Source: Nitrosopumilus sp.
Lineage (GTDB): Archaea > Thermoproteota > Nitrososphaeria > Nitrososphaerales > Nitrosopumilaceae
Length of the DNA stretch: 64,000 nucleotides
Assembly: GCA_965224195.1 (NCBI GenBank)
Contig: OZ245040.1
Span: forward strand, 1,440,001 to 1,504,000
Direction: 5' to 3'
Positions 30,995 to 45,468 of the stretch are shown here, in pieces (the stretch's first letter is position 1; each line of letters begins with the position of its first letter). The notes below the pieces were generated by a model. The model did no database searches. It saw only the letters and a list, made by a program, of their open reading frames with translations, and was not told the DNA's origin. Position numbers and translations under genes: made by a program.

Positions 30995-32055
30995 ATAGTG
31001 AATCAGGAATAGATCCAAAAATAATTGAAGAGATTTTAAAATTTAGCAAAAATGTTATTGATGCTCCAAAATTAGTATCAGCCCCGGATGAAATTAGTTT
31101 AGAAGTAACACCGCACGATACAGTTCACGAATTAGATAAAACAAGGCTATTGCGTTATAGACCACTTACTGAGAAACAACATAAAACACCATTGATAATT
31201 TCATATGCATTAATCAACAGATATCACATATTAGATATTCAGCCAGAAAAAAGTTGGGTAAAGAATCTACTTGAACAAGGTTTTGATGTATACATGTTGG
31301 ATTGGGGAACACCAACCAGCATGGACAAATATTTAGATTTTGATGATTATGTAAATGGATATTTAGATTCTGCAGTAGAGCATATCAAAAATGAGTCATC
31401 CACAGAAAAAATTTCACTTCAAGGATATTGTACCGGAGGCACTATTGCTACAGCATATGCGGCATTACATCCAGAAAGTGTAAAGAACTATGTTGCAACA
31501 GCGCCAGTCATTGATGGGTGGCGAGATACTACAGTGATCAGCAATCTTGCCAAACATATGGATGTGGACAAAATGGTTGACACAATTGGCAACATGCCTC
31601 CAGAATTCATGTATTACTGCTTTTCAGTTTTAAAGCCATTTGAGCAGGGGATTGAAAAATATGTGAAATTTTTCAAAAATATAGATAATAAGAAATTTGT
31701 AGATAATTTCCTCAGAGTAGAAAAATGGCTGGGAGACACCCCACCAATTCCAGGGGAGTTATTCAAACAATGGATAAAAGACATCTACCAAGACAATTTA
31801 CTTATTCAAAATAAGATGTACGTGGGAGGAGAGCACATAGATTTGAAGAAAATAGATATGCCTACATTTACTCAGATTGCCGTAGGAGACCATTTAGTAT
31901 CTCCAGAGTGTAGTATGCCATTACATTATGCCATAGGAAGTGAAGATAAAACTTTGCGAATGTACCCCACAGGTCATGTCGGTATGATAGCTAGTTCATT
32001 ATCCCAGAAAAAGGTTCTACCCGAATTAGGAAAATGGCTATCTGAAAGATCATAA
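30991..32055 (+). CDS. phaC: Class III PHA synthase subunit PhaC
   Basis: ALINRYHILD, LDWG, lipase-like box GYCTGG, catalytic Asp (GDHLV) and His (TGHVG). Confidence 0.93.
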   Translation: MNSESGIDPKIIEEILKFSKNVIDAPKLVSAPDEISLEVTPHDTVHELDKTRLLRYRPLTEKQHKTPLIISYALINRYHILDIQPEKSWVKNLLEQGFDVYMLDWGTPTSMDKYLDFDDYVNGYLDSAVEHIKNESSTEKISLQGYCTGGTIATAYAALHPESVKNYVATAPVIDGWRDTTVISNLAKHMDVDKMVDTIGNMPPEFMYYCFSVLKPFEQGIEKYVKFFKNIDNKKFVDNFLRVEKWLGDTPPIPGELFKQWIKDIYQDNLLIQNKMYVGGEHIDLKKIDMPTFTQIAVGDHLVSPECSMPLHYAIGSEDKTLRMYPTGHVGMIASSLSQKKVLPELGKWLSERS

Positions 32056-32078
32056 AAAAGGAAAAAATTAGTTTTCCA

Positions 32079-32507
32079 CTAGTTTGTTTTTGTAGTGAAG
32101 GCAGAAATCCAAGATTGTAGAATGTTTCTGTTTAGGTCAGCAAATGATTTTGCATTATCGTTGAATGTTTTGATATTCTGCTGTGTTGCATCGATAGTTG
32201 CAAGTGTTACTTGATTTTGTATTGAAGCTGCCTTTACAAATTCTTCAGTAGTATCATGAATTGCTTTTAATGTTGCTTCAGGAATGTTTGCTGCAATACC
32301 TGCTTTTTGTACATATTCTTTTTGTAGTGTGATAGTTGAATCTACTACGTTCTCATATGCTTGTAGGTATTCCTGTTGTACATTAGTGATTGATTGATGA
32401 TATTGCGGTACTGATTGTTTAATACCGTTGAAGATTTTGTCAACGTTTTCTTGATATACAGAAAATACATCTTTAGATTTTGTTTGTGTTGCTTCGTTTT
32501 TACTCAT
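32079..32507 (-). CDS. Probable phasin (PHA granule protein)
   Basis: 142-aa amphipathic helical protein in the PHA cluster. Confidence 0.55.
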   Translation of the reverse strand: MSKNEATQTKSKDVFSVYQENVDKIFNGIKQSVPQYHQSITNVQQEYLQAYENVVDSTITLQKEYVQKAGIAANIPEATLKAIHDTTEEFVKAASIQNQVTLATIDATQQNIKTFNDNAKSFADLNRNILQSWISAFTTKTN

Positions 32508-32929
32508 TTTTTCACCTCTTTATTTTTTGATTTTTTTGCTATTGGTAAGATAATGACTTGGACTAAATCACCATCTCCTAAACCAAGTGCATTACGTTCA
32601 GCTTCAGGGATAGAGATTCTTCCATTACTACTGATAGTAGTTTTGTAAGCACCCCAATTCATGAAGGAAGGAAGCATTTGGCCGATAGAAAACATGGTGT
32701 CCATACTTTTACTTTGCATGGTAGACATGTTATCCATCACATTAGATTGAGTTTGTCGTGAAGTGTCAGAAACTCCTTTTAGAGTTTGCAAAGGATTGAA
32801 TGTTTGACTAGTTTGATTTGTCATCAAAGAACCAAAATTTTTCATAAATTCTGCTTGAGCACGTCCACTTTTTTGAATCCAAGATTTAAACATCTCAGAA
32901 GGGTCGTATAGGTTTTGGTTACCACTCAT
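32504..32929 (-). CDS. AbrB-domain regulator (PhaR-like)
   Basis: C-terminal ISSNGRISIPEAERNALGLGDGDLVQV AbrB motif; overlaps the phasin-like gene. Confidence 0.75.
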   Translation of the reverse strand: MSGNQNLYDPSEMFKSWIQKSGRAQAEFMKNFGSLMTNQTSQTFNPLQTLKGVSDTSRQTQSNVMDNMSTMQSKSMDTMFSIGQMLPSFMNWGAYKTTISSNGRISIPEAERNALGLGDGDLVQVIILPIAKKSKNKEVKK

Positions 32930-32964
32930 AGGTAATAGTTGGAATAATCAGTATTTAAATGGAT

Positions 32965-33810
32965 CTAAGCGCCATTTAAGAATTCTAATACTTTTGAAGT
33001 AAAGAGATAAGGGTTTTGAACATAAGGAGTATGCCCACATCCATCCATTCTAAAAAATCTACAATCTTGGATTGCTGAAACAAAATCATCGGCATAATTA
33101 ATTGGAATTACAGGATCATTTCCACCCCAAATAATCAAAGTTGGCGTCAAGATAGATTGGAGTTTAGAAGTTATGGATTCAGAATTTTTTAATCCCAACA
33201 CAGTAGACATGAATGCAAGTTTAGCATTTGGCAATTGCATTCTTTCTACAAATCCATCAATAATTTCAGGATGAACATCTATACCAGAACCTTCCATCAT
33301 TTCAAAAGCATTTTTTGCACTTGTTTTATTAGGATATAATGCAGCCATAATATATGCATCAAGTGCAGGAGTAGACTTTTTCATCAATCCCGCAGGAGAT
33401 ACAAGAATAAGTTTTTCAAGATCGTCAGAATGAGATGCAGCATATTCTGCAGAAATTTGACCACCCAATGAAGAACCTATGACATTAGGTCGAGTAATTT
33501 TAGCAGCAGAAAAAAATTTTTCAAGAAAGTCTGAAAAAAAATCAGAAGTATAATCTACAGTAGGTTTGTCACTATATCCAAAACCAATTAAATCAGGAAC
33601 TAATACACGAAAATTATCTTCAAAGAGAGGAATAACTTGATTCCATCTTTCTGCTGATGCTCCCAAACCATGAATGAGTACAAGGGTATTTTTTGAACTG
33701 CCAGATTCCAAATATCTAATTCTATGTCCATCAATTTCAAGAAATTTTTGTTCCAACATTTTAGCTACAATTACCATCACTAGATAAGTTTTAGTGAATT
33801 GTGCGATCAA
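32965..33810 (-). CDS. Alpha/beta hydrolase
   Basis: HGLG, PDLIGFG, GSSLGG nucleophile elbow, DPVIP, GH. Confidence 0.9.
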   Translation of the reverse strand: MIAQFTKTYLVMVIVAKMLEQKFLEIDGHRIRYLESGSSKNTLVLIHGLGASAERWNQVIPLFEDNFRVLVPDLIGFGYSDKPTVDYTSDFFSDFLEKFFSAAKITRPNVIGSSLGGQISAEYAASHSDDLEKLILVSPAGLMKKSTPALDAYIMAALYPNKTSAKNAFEMMEGSGIDVHPEIIDGFVERMQLPNAKLAFMSTVLGLKNSESITSKLQSILTPTLIIWGGNDPVIPINYADDFVSAIQDCRFFRMDGCGHTPYVQNPYLFTSKVLEFLNGA

Positions 33811-33889
33811 TCAAACATAGATCAGAATACACTTTCATAATATAGAAAATGGGAAGTATGTTTTTTAGTATCAAAAATAGTCAAAAAGT

Positions 33890-34321
33890 GTGATAAAAAA
33901 GAAAATTTCAAAAATTTTAGTTCCATTAGATGGATCTAAAAATTCCATAAGAGGTTTAGAAACAGCAATTACATTAGCTAGAAATTGTGGAGCCACAATT
34001 ACAGGAATATATTCAATTTATGCCCCACCTCATTCAGAATTTAGAGGCGTAGGTTCAGTAGAAAAATCACTAAATGTACAAGTTAAAAAATTCATGGAAG
34101 AGGCAAAAGTTTTGGCTGCTAAAAATGGCATTGTATTTAATAAAAAAATAGTCAGAGGGGAAATTGGATATAACATAGTCAAGCTTGCACATGGAAAAAG
34201 TAATTTTGATATGATTGTGATGGGTTCACGAGGACGGAGTTCTACCAAAGAAATGTTCTTTGGAAGTGTATCAAACTATGTAATTCATACAGCAAAGATA
34301 CCTGTTGTTATTGTAAAATAA
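33890..34321 (+). CDS. Universal stress protein
   Basis: ILVPLDGS...VMGSRG...FGSVSNYV. Confidence 0.93.
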   Translation: MIKKKISKILVPLDGSKNSIRGLETAITLARNCGATITGIYSIYAPPHSEFRGVGSVEKSLNVQVKKFMEEAKVLAAKNGIVFNKKIVRGEIGYNIVKLAHGKSNFDMIVMGSRGRSSTKEMFFGSVSNYVIHTAKIPVVIVK

Positions 34322-34322
34322 T

Positions 34323-34778
34323 CTAAGAAAATCCGTGTTTTTTGAAATATTTTTGGTGATACTCTTCAGCTTTGTAAAATGTTGGAGCTGGAACTATTTC
34401 AGTAACAACTGGATTATCAAATTTGTCTGATTGGTCTAATTCTTGTTTAGATTTTTCTGCAATTTCTTTTTGTGTCTCATCATGATAAAATATAGATGAG
34501 CGATATTGAATTCCAACATCAGGGCCTTGACGATTCAATGTTGTAGGATTGTGATTTGACCAAAATACAGACAGTAATTCTTCAAAAGAAATTTCATCAG
34601 GATCGTATTCAACTTCGACAGCTTCGGCATGACCAGTTTTATCAGTACATACTTCCTCATATGTGGGATCAGATAGTTGTCCTCCGATATATCCTACAGC
34701 AGTAGATTTAACACCTTTAGTTTTATTTAATAAATCCTCAACATGCCAAAAGCACCCCGCACCAAATGTAGCTTTCAA
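34323..34778 (-). CDS. msrA: Peptide methionine sulfoxide reductase A
   Basis: GAGCFW, PTYEEVC, GHAEAV, RQGPDVGIQYRS, AEEYHQKY. Confidence 0.95.
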   Translation of the reverse strand: MKATFGAGCFWHVEDLLNKTKGVKSTAVGYIGGQLSDPTYEEVCTDKTGHAEAVEVEYDPDEISFEELLSVFWSNHNPTTLNRQGPDVGIQYRSSIFYHDETQKEIAEKSKQELDQSDKFDNPVVTEIVPAPTFYKAEEYHQKYFKKHGFS

Positions 34779-34830
34779 TTTAATTTCTAATAAAACATGC
34801 TAAATTAAAACTATTTGTTAAAAATAATAT

Positions 34831-35952
34831 CTAATTAATTGTAATAATCCCCTCTCGTATAAGATATTCTAAAGAATTGATAAAATCATCTTCAGAAATT
34901 AAACCTTGTGACCACCAGTGAGCATTATTACGAACCCAATCAGGGATTTCTTCAGTAGAAGAATTACCAGAAGAAGAAATTCCAGAAACCATAATGATGT
35001 TGTTCTCCAACATGAATTCAAGTCCAGCCACAAATTGAGAATCATCAACATCTCCAATTGCCCACCATTCAGCATAATCTCTAATCCATTCAGGCACAGA
35101 TACAGGATCTTCATAGCCTAAAATATTGTAAATTGAAGAATTATGAAACTGAGAATCAAACCAAGATTTGTAACTTGACTCATGATTGTATCTGTCAATA
35201 TAGTATTGTGGAGATTTATCAAATGCAGGGAAATTATCTACATGGGTTTGTTTATAATCTACAACGTCATGTATGGAATTATTTGGAAACTGAGAATCAA
35301 ACCAAGATTTGTAACTTGACTCATGATTGTATCTGTCAATATAGTATTGTGGAGATTTATCAAATGCAGGGAAATTTGGAATACTAAACTTTAGTGTATT
35401 AAAAGTAGAAATAGGTTCTGGATTTTCCAGAGTATTTGTCTGAGGTTCAGGTGTTGGTTCAGGTGTTGGTTCAGGTGTTGGTTCAGGTGTTGGTTCAGGT
35501 GTTGGTTCAGGTGTTGGTTCAGGTGTTGGTTCAGGTTGTGTAGATTCTGAAAACTCTTGATACTCAATAGATTTTTCTAAATTTCCATCATAAGTTACTT
35601 TGATTGGATAAATTCCATCAGATGCCCAGGTAGGGCCACCGACATTAAAGGTAGCAGAAAAACTACCATCAGGATTTGCAGGAATTGTATTAAAATCTGC
35701 AAAATTAGATTTTCCAGGAGTAAATATTTGAATGGTTACAAAAGGAATTTCCGAATCATATGAAACAGTACCAGAAATTGTTAATTGATCACCTTGATGA
35801 TACAAAGATTTGTCAGTTGTGAAATCATCAACAGTGGCAAATGTAGGTAAAACAATATTTGGAATTAATAAAAGTAAGAAAAGAATGTGAAAAATAGTCA
35901 TTTTCTGAAAATTGATTTTTTGCATAAATAAAGAATTCGCCAGATTACTCAA
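34831..35952 (-). CDS. Secreted protein with a PEPT linker and IPDW-x-R...WW surface repeats
   Basis: Signal peptide, Ig-like N-terminus, (PEPT)7, internal duplication, two C-terminal WW repeats. Confidence 0.8.
   Translation of the reverse strand: MSNLANSLFMQKINFQKMTIFHILFLLLLIPNIVLPTFATVDDFTTDKSLYHQGDQLTISGTVSYDSEIPFVTIQIFTPGKSNFADFNTIPANPDGSFSATFNVGGPTWASDGIYPIKVTYDGNLEKSIEYQEFSESTQPEPTPEPTPEPTPEPTPEPTPEPTPEPTPEPQTNTLENPEPISTFNTLKFSIPNFPAFDKSPQYYIDRYNHESSYKSWFDSQFPNNSIHDVVDYKQTHVDNFPAFDKSPQYYIDRYNHESSYKSWFDSQFHNSSIYNILGYEDPVSVPEWIRDYAEWWAIGDVDDSQFVAGLEFMLENNIIMVSGISSSGNSSTEEIPDWVRNNAHWWSQGLISEDDFINSLEYLIREGIITIN
35145..35376. repeat. Exact ~91-bp intragenic duplication (period 141 bp)
   Basis: Copies at 35145-35235 and 35286-35376 encode NFPAFDKSPQYYIDRYNHESSYKSWFDSQF. 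Confidence 0.85.
35444..35537. repeat. 12-bp tandem repeat GGTTCAGGTGTT (~7.5 copies)
   Basis: Seen directly; encodes the PEPT linker. Confidence 0.95.
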
Positions 35953-35958
35953 TTAGAC

Positions 35959-36366
35959 TTAATTAACATCAGTAAAGATCTCTACTACTTTTTTTGCCAA
36001 GCTTTCAATATTGACAGAAGGTTCTGCAGAAATTAACAATAAAATTTGAGTGATGGGAAATGGGAAACTTATTAAAACTGCTTTATCACGTCTTGCAGCG
36101 AGGTAATTTATCGGTCCTAGACTTTCATCAAATTCTTTTCGTATAGAAGCTTTTGAAACAAAATCAAAAAAGGACTGCAATTTAGTCTCATCGCCCTCAT
36201 AAGGAACAAGTCCTTCTTTAAAACCACCAAAAGATAATTGCCCATCTTTATCAACAATTCCAGCAAAACGAATTTCAGATTCTTCTAATAATTTAGCACA
36301 TTTTTTAGCATATAGACTATCAGACATATTTTTCAAATAAAATATCAAAAATAAAAACCTAGCCAA
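35959..36366 (-). CDS. Thaumarchaeal Roadblock/profilin-like small protein
   Basis: IRFAGIVDKDG...RKEFDESLGPINY...RDKAVLISFP. Confidence 0.7.
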   Translation of the reverse strand: MARFLFLIFYLKNMSDSLYAKKCAKLLEESEIRFAGIVDKDGQLSFGGFKEGLVPYEGDETKLQSFFDFVSKASIRKEFDESLGPINYLAARRDKAVLISFPFPITQILLLISAEPSVNIESLAKKVVEIFTDVN

Positions 36367-36384
36367 TGGTTTTCTAAAATCTAA

Positions 36385-37242
36385 CTACAAATGGCATTTT
36401 AACAATACATAGTCAATTACCCCTTCTTGTGATGCCTTTTTCATTTTTTGAATAGATTTGAATAATATTTTTTCAACAAATGGGGAATATTGTTTCAAAA
36501 TAGATTTTTTCAATTTATCTCTATTTTCAACATAATAATCAGCCAAAGGATCGTAAACAGATGAACCAATCATTTTTTCTTCAGAAATTACAAATCCATT
36601 TGAAACAATAATTTTTCTCACTTCATTTAAACTATAATGTTCTGATGACCAAGTGAATTTTAAAATTCCTAATTTTGAAATTGATGAAGATGAAAGAGTG
36701 ATAGGGAGTGCCAAAATCATCAATCCAGAGTCAGATAAAATTCTTTTAGATTCTAAAATAAAATCAGAAAAAGGTTTGAAATGTTGCGAAGATTCCAACG
36801 CAAGTATGCGCTCTACAGATTTATCAGTAAAAGGTAATTTTGTAGATGAAGAATTTAAAAAAGTAATTTTTTGTTGAGGTCCCGAATAACAAAGTTGATC
36901 ATAATTAATATTGATACAAAATATAGATAAATTTTCAAAATTGTTTCTCCAAAAAATTGCAGGTGCAGATAAACCACTACCAACATCTACAATATTTTTA
37001 CAAGAATTTAATTCTGCCATTTTTGCAAAAACAGCACATAGATTTTCTTGTGCAGAAATAGGATCATTATTTTCAGCATCCCAATATCCAAAATTTAGCA
37101 TATTTCCACCAGTTGCAAGTTGCATAACAGGTGATAAAGCATTGTAAAGATTTACCACATCTTTTTCATTTCTACGAATAGTCCATAAAAAAAGATCAAG
37201 GGGGTTGATAGAAGTCAAAAATATTTTCAAATTTAATATCAA
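36385..37242 (-). CDS. SAM-dependent methyltransferase
   Basis: LNFGYW, VDVGSG, LPF and LESSQHF motifs. Confidence 0.85.
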   Translation of the reverse strand: MILNLKIFLTSINPLDLFLWTIRRNEKDVVNLYNALSPVMQLATGGNMLNFGYWDAENNDPISAQENLCAVFAKMAELNSCKNIVDVGSGLSAPAIFWRNNFENLSIFCININYDQLCYSGPQQKITFLNSSSTKLPFTDKSVERILALESSQHFKPFSDFILESKRILSDSGLMILALPITLSSSSISKLGILKFTWSSEHYSLNEVRKIIVSNGFVISEEKMIGSSVYDPLADYYVENRDKLKKSILKQYSPFVEKILFKSIQKMKKASQEGVIDYVLLKCHL

Positions 37243-37259
37243 TTATAGACTATTAATTC

Positions 37260-37391
37260 CTAAGGTAACCCTTCAGAATCTTCAGCACAATGTTTATGCA
37301 CCCATTCTTCATCTTGATTTTTTGTAATCTCTTTTCCTGGTTGAATTTTATCACCACAAGAGATGCAAGATGTAGCAAATTTTGCTTTCAT
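37260..37391 (-). CDS. Small zinc-binding protein (43 aa)
   Basis: MKAKFATSCISCGDKIQPG...WVHKHC. Confidence 0.65.
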   Translation of the reverse strand: MKAKFATSCISCGDKIQPGKEITKNQDEEWVHKHCAEDSEGLP

Positions 37392-37485
37392 ACAAATAGA
37401 TAGATTATGAATGATAAATCATCTAGCATGTGTTTTTAGTTAACTAATGATGAATATATTTTAGGGATTTAGAAGTAGTAATCAT

Positions 37486-37971
37486 ATGTCTGATCCAGAA
37501 TCCACTACACCATCAAAAATGATTCTAGCCAAATGGACAGACAGGTTTGTCGCATGGCTAATTGACTTTGTAATAATTTCCATCATCTCCACATCCATTA
37601 TTTTTGCATCGTTTGGAACAATGTATTATGAATTTGAAGGAGAAGCGTTTTGGGCTGAAAGTTCTCAATACATTCCTACAAGTAGTATTTTCTTTGTGTA
37701 TTGGATTATTTTAGAATACAAAACAGGGCAGACCATAGGGAAAAAAATCCTAAATTTAAAAGTCATTAATATTTCTGGAGATAAAGTCAGTTTGAAAGGC
37801 GTGTTAATCAGTAGTTTTGGAAAATCATTTTTGCTACCCATAGATGTAATTTTAGGATGGGTTTTGACTAATGAAAAACGTCAAAGAGTGTTTAACAAAT
37901 TAGGAGATACAATAGTTATCAAAATTAAAGACGAAGTAGTTGTTTCAGACTTAAAATATACAAAAGACTAG
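37486..37971 (+). CDS. RDD family membrane protein
   Basis: RFVAWLID, GQTIGKKILNLKV, QRVFNKLGDTIV. Confidence 0.88.
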   Translation: MSDPESTTPSKMILAKWTDRFVAWLIDFVIISIISTSIIFASFGTMYYEFEGEAFWAESSQYIPTSSIFFVYWIILEYKTGQTIGKKILNLKVINISGDKVSLKGVLISSFGKSFLLPIDVILGWVLTNEKRQRVFNKLGDTIVIKIKDEVVVSDLKYTKD

Positions 37972-38051
37972 ATTTAGTCATATTTTGTTAAACAATTACT
38001 CTGAAGATTTTATCAACAGATCTATTAGCTAGATTAGATCTTTGAGAAATT

Positions 38052-38502
38052 ATGTCTAAGGAAAGTAAACAATGGTGGTCAGGATTGCCAGAGGAACTTC
38101 AAAAAGATATAGAATTTGAAGAATAATCAGTCTCAGAATAATTCCCAATCACGAAGAGATATCCTCAATCAATTGGGATTTTAATTGTAAATACAGTTGG
38201 CTTATTTGAAAAATGATGAAAATAAACAAATTGATTCATTTACAGATTATACAACATTTTTCGTGCTGCCTGCAACAGGAGATGACATGATTCAAAAGAA
38301 TATAGAAAACAAAAAAGGATCTTTCAAACAGAAAGATGGTATTTCTAAACTTGGCGAACAATCAGGTTGGGATGGTTCATTTGAATTTAAAGGGCCATCA
38401 GGAGATTACAAAATGAATTTCTTTTTACCATTTTCAGATGACAATGTTGATGGTTGTGATAACTTTTCAGGATTTGCAGTTGATGTAACTATCAGGTCTT
38501 GA
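38052..38502 (+). pseudogene. Decayed gene of unknown function
   Basis: ATG at 38052 is followed by in-frame stops and a frameshift into ORF 38197-38502. Confidence 0.45.
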
Positions 38503-38701
38503 AAAATAGAACATAGTTTCCACTAATGGATTTCAAATAATTAAAACACCATAGCTTACGCTAGGGAAAATAATTATCAAATTAAAAATGTATATCTAAC
38601 GCTATGTATGATTTGAAATGAAATCATCGTACAAGTCGTGTATTATGTAATCCACTTGATGATATGAAATATGATCATCGCGCATAGTCTCTATGTAAAT
38701 G

Positions 38702-41697
<2,996 letters not shown>

Positions 41698-41850
41698 TAT
41701 ATTCAGCCATATATTACACGACTATGCACGACGATCATTGCAAGCCACCGGTAAGTGGCTCACTACATCCTTCATACACCACTTTCGTGATGCATTGCAT
41801 CGATGATTTCAATGTGAAGATTATGTACACCCGTACACTTTCCATGTCTA

Positions 41851-43321
<1,471 letters not shown>

Positions 43322-43701
43322 CTGAATATATTTTGTATTTTGATTATAGAAGTACACTTGTACTTTAATTTGGAATTGACGGATGCACATAATCTTCACA
43401 TTTCAGATATTGATCTTTCAATCAAATCCTCATACTTGTATGCGTAACTGGAGGTCCATGAATCACAAAGTGGCATCTTGCCATACTTCATCACGAGCGC
43501 CGCCTATTGCGTTACGTATGCAGAAGCCAACAAAGGCAGAATCCATATAAACCATACGTGAAATTATGCCTGATCGGGCCAAAAAATTGTAAAAATTACA
43601 CATTTTATTTTCAATATTCACCACCAAGTCCCAGATAATGAATAAAATCCTCAGAATCAAAGGTATTTTGACACTTAAAATGGTAGATCTCATTTTGAAA
43701 A

Positions 43702-44988
43702 TTGCTTTTGAGTCACATTATAGAATATAAAAAAAAGACAAAAAATTCTGCAAAAATATTTGCAAAGTCTTTGAAACTTCATGTAAATGGTGTTTCTCAT
43801 AACATAAGATTTTATGAACCATATCCATTTGTTGTAAAATCATCTTCAGGTAAAAACCTGGTTGATGTAGATGACAACAAATACACAGATTATTGGATGG
43901 GTCATTGGAGTTTAATTTTAGGTCACGGTCATAAAGATGTCAAGAGTTCTTTGAAAAAACAAATTGAAAAAAGTTGGATGTATGGAACTGTAAATGAGCA
44001 GACAGTAAAACTTTCAGAATTAATATCTAAAGCAGTTCCAGTAGCTGAAAAAATTCGCTATGTAACATCAGGTACAGAAGCTACAATGTATGCAGTTAGA
44101 TTAGCACGTTCAGTTACGGGGAAAAAAATTATTGCAAAAATTGATGGTGGATGGCATGGATATACTTCAGATTTATTAAAAAGTGTTAACTGGCCATTTA
44201 CAGAATCAGAAAGTTCGGGAGTAGTAAATGAAGAGAAAATTGTTTCCATCCCTTACAATGATTTAGAAGGTTCTCTTAAAATTCTTAAAAAATATGCAAA
44301 AGATTTAGCAGGTGTAATCATTGAGCCAATGTTAGGGGGAGGTGGATGTATTCCAGCCACATCAGATTATCTTAAAGGTATTCAAGAATTTATTCATAAA
44401 AATAAATCATTATTTATCCTAGATGAAATTGTTACAGGGTTTAGATTCAGATATGGATGCTTATACCCTACAATGAAACTAGACCCAGACATTGTTACAT
44501 TGGGGAAAATTGTCGGAGGAGGAATGGCAATAGGTGTAATGTGTGGCAAAAAAGAAATCATGGATTACGCAGATACTACTGGAAAGAAGAAATCAGAAAG
44601 GAGTTATGTAGGAGGAGGAACGTTTTCTGCAAATCCAGCCTCAATGGCATCAGGGCATGCAACTCTATCTGTTTTGAAAAACAACAGTTCCATATACTCA
44701 AAAATTAATGATTTGGGAGAATATGCTAGAAAGGAATTAACCAAATTTTTTGATGGTAAAGTAATAGTCACAGGGAAAGGATCTTTGTTTATGACCCATT
44801 TTATAAAAAATGGAATTTCAGAAATCACCAATGCCACTCAAGCATCAATGTGTGATGTTAAAGCTCTACATGACTATCATTTTAAGATGATAGCACATGA
44901 CGAAATATTCTTTTTGCCAGGAAAACTAGGAGCTATATCTAATGCACATACAAAGGCAGACATTAAAAAGATGGTTAATGCATCTTAG
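43702..44988 (+). CDS. hemL: Glutamate-1-semialdehyde 2,1-aminomutase
   Basis: [36 protein letters not shown] (PLP Lys), GGTFSANP. Confidence 0.9.
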   Translation: MLLSHIIEYKKKTKNSAKIFAKSLKLHVNGVSHNIRFYEPYPFVVKSSSGKNLVDVDDNKYTDYWMGHWSLILGHGHKDVKSSLKKQIEKSWMYGTVNEQTVKLSELISKAVPVAEKIRYVTSGTEATMYAVRLARSVTGKKIIAKIDGGWHGYTSDLLKSVNWPFTESESSGVVNEEKIVSIPYNDLEGSLKILKKYAKDLAGVIIEPMLGGGGCIPATSDYLKGIQEFIHKNKSLFILDEIVTGFRFRYGCLYPTMKLDPDIVTLGKIVGGGMAIGVMCGKKEIMDYADTTGKKKSERSYVGGGTFSANPASMASGHATLSVLKNNSSIYSKINDLGEYARKELTKFFDGKVIVTGKGSLFMTHFIKNGISEITNATQASMCDVKALHDYHFKMIAHDEIFFLPGKLGAISNAHTKADIKKMVNAS

Positions 44989-45000
44989 AATTATCAAACA

Positions 45001-45363
45001 TCAAGAGTCATTTGGAAAAACTCTATTTTTCCATAAAGTGAGTTCTGTAAAAACATCAGCATAATTTTTAGATTTAATAGTTACATGAACATGTGCTAAA
45101 AGATTCTCAAATTGCGCCTCAAATATCATAGTACATTCTTTTTTAAAAAGAGGTACAGTTATTCCAATTTTTTTCAGAGAAATGAATTTGAAATTTTCAA
45201 TTTGAATGGTATTTTCATTTATTGTAACTTGTTTTTTTCGAGGGTTTTTGTTAATTGAATCATCTAATTCTTTTTGAACAGAATCACTCCAAAGTGGACC
45301 ATCCTTAGGCCATCTATGAACATGAACTTTATCACAAAGATATTGAATTTCAGAATTAGACAA
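45001..45363 (-). CDS. Hypothetical protein
   Basis: 120-aa ORF with native composition. Confidence 0.6.
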   Translation of the reverse strand: MSNSEIQYLCDKVHVHRWPKDGPLWSDSVQKELDDSINKNPRKKQVTINENTIQIENFKFISLKKIGITVPLFKKECTMIFEAQFENLLAHVHVTIKSKNYADVFTELTLWKNRVFPNDS

Positions 45364-45468
45364 TAATCAAATTAATTTTCAATACAAATTAAGCGTATCT
45401 GGATAAAATAAAAGTTCAAAAAAATACCAACATTACATCTACAGAATGCATCAAATATGAAAGATAGC

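Noticed and set aside
38197-38502. Possible aegerolysin/actinoporin-like beta-sandwich toxin remnant
   Set aside because: Only a vague pattern (SGWDGSFEF...FFLPF) in a decayed ORF; unsupported without a profile search.
41698-41850. tRNA in the 16S-23S spacer
   Set aside because: No cloverleaf; the structure is explained by rRNA processing stems.
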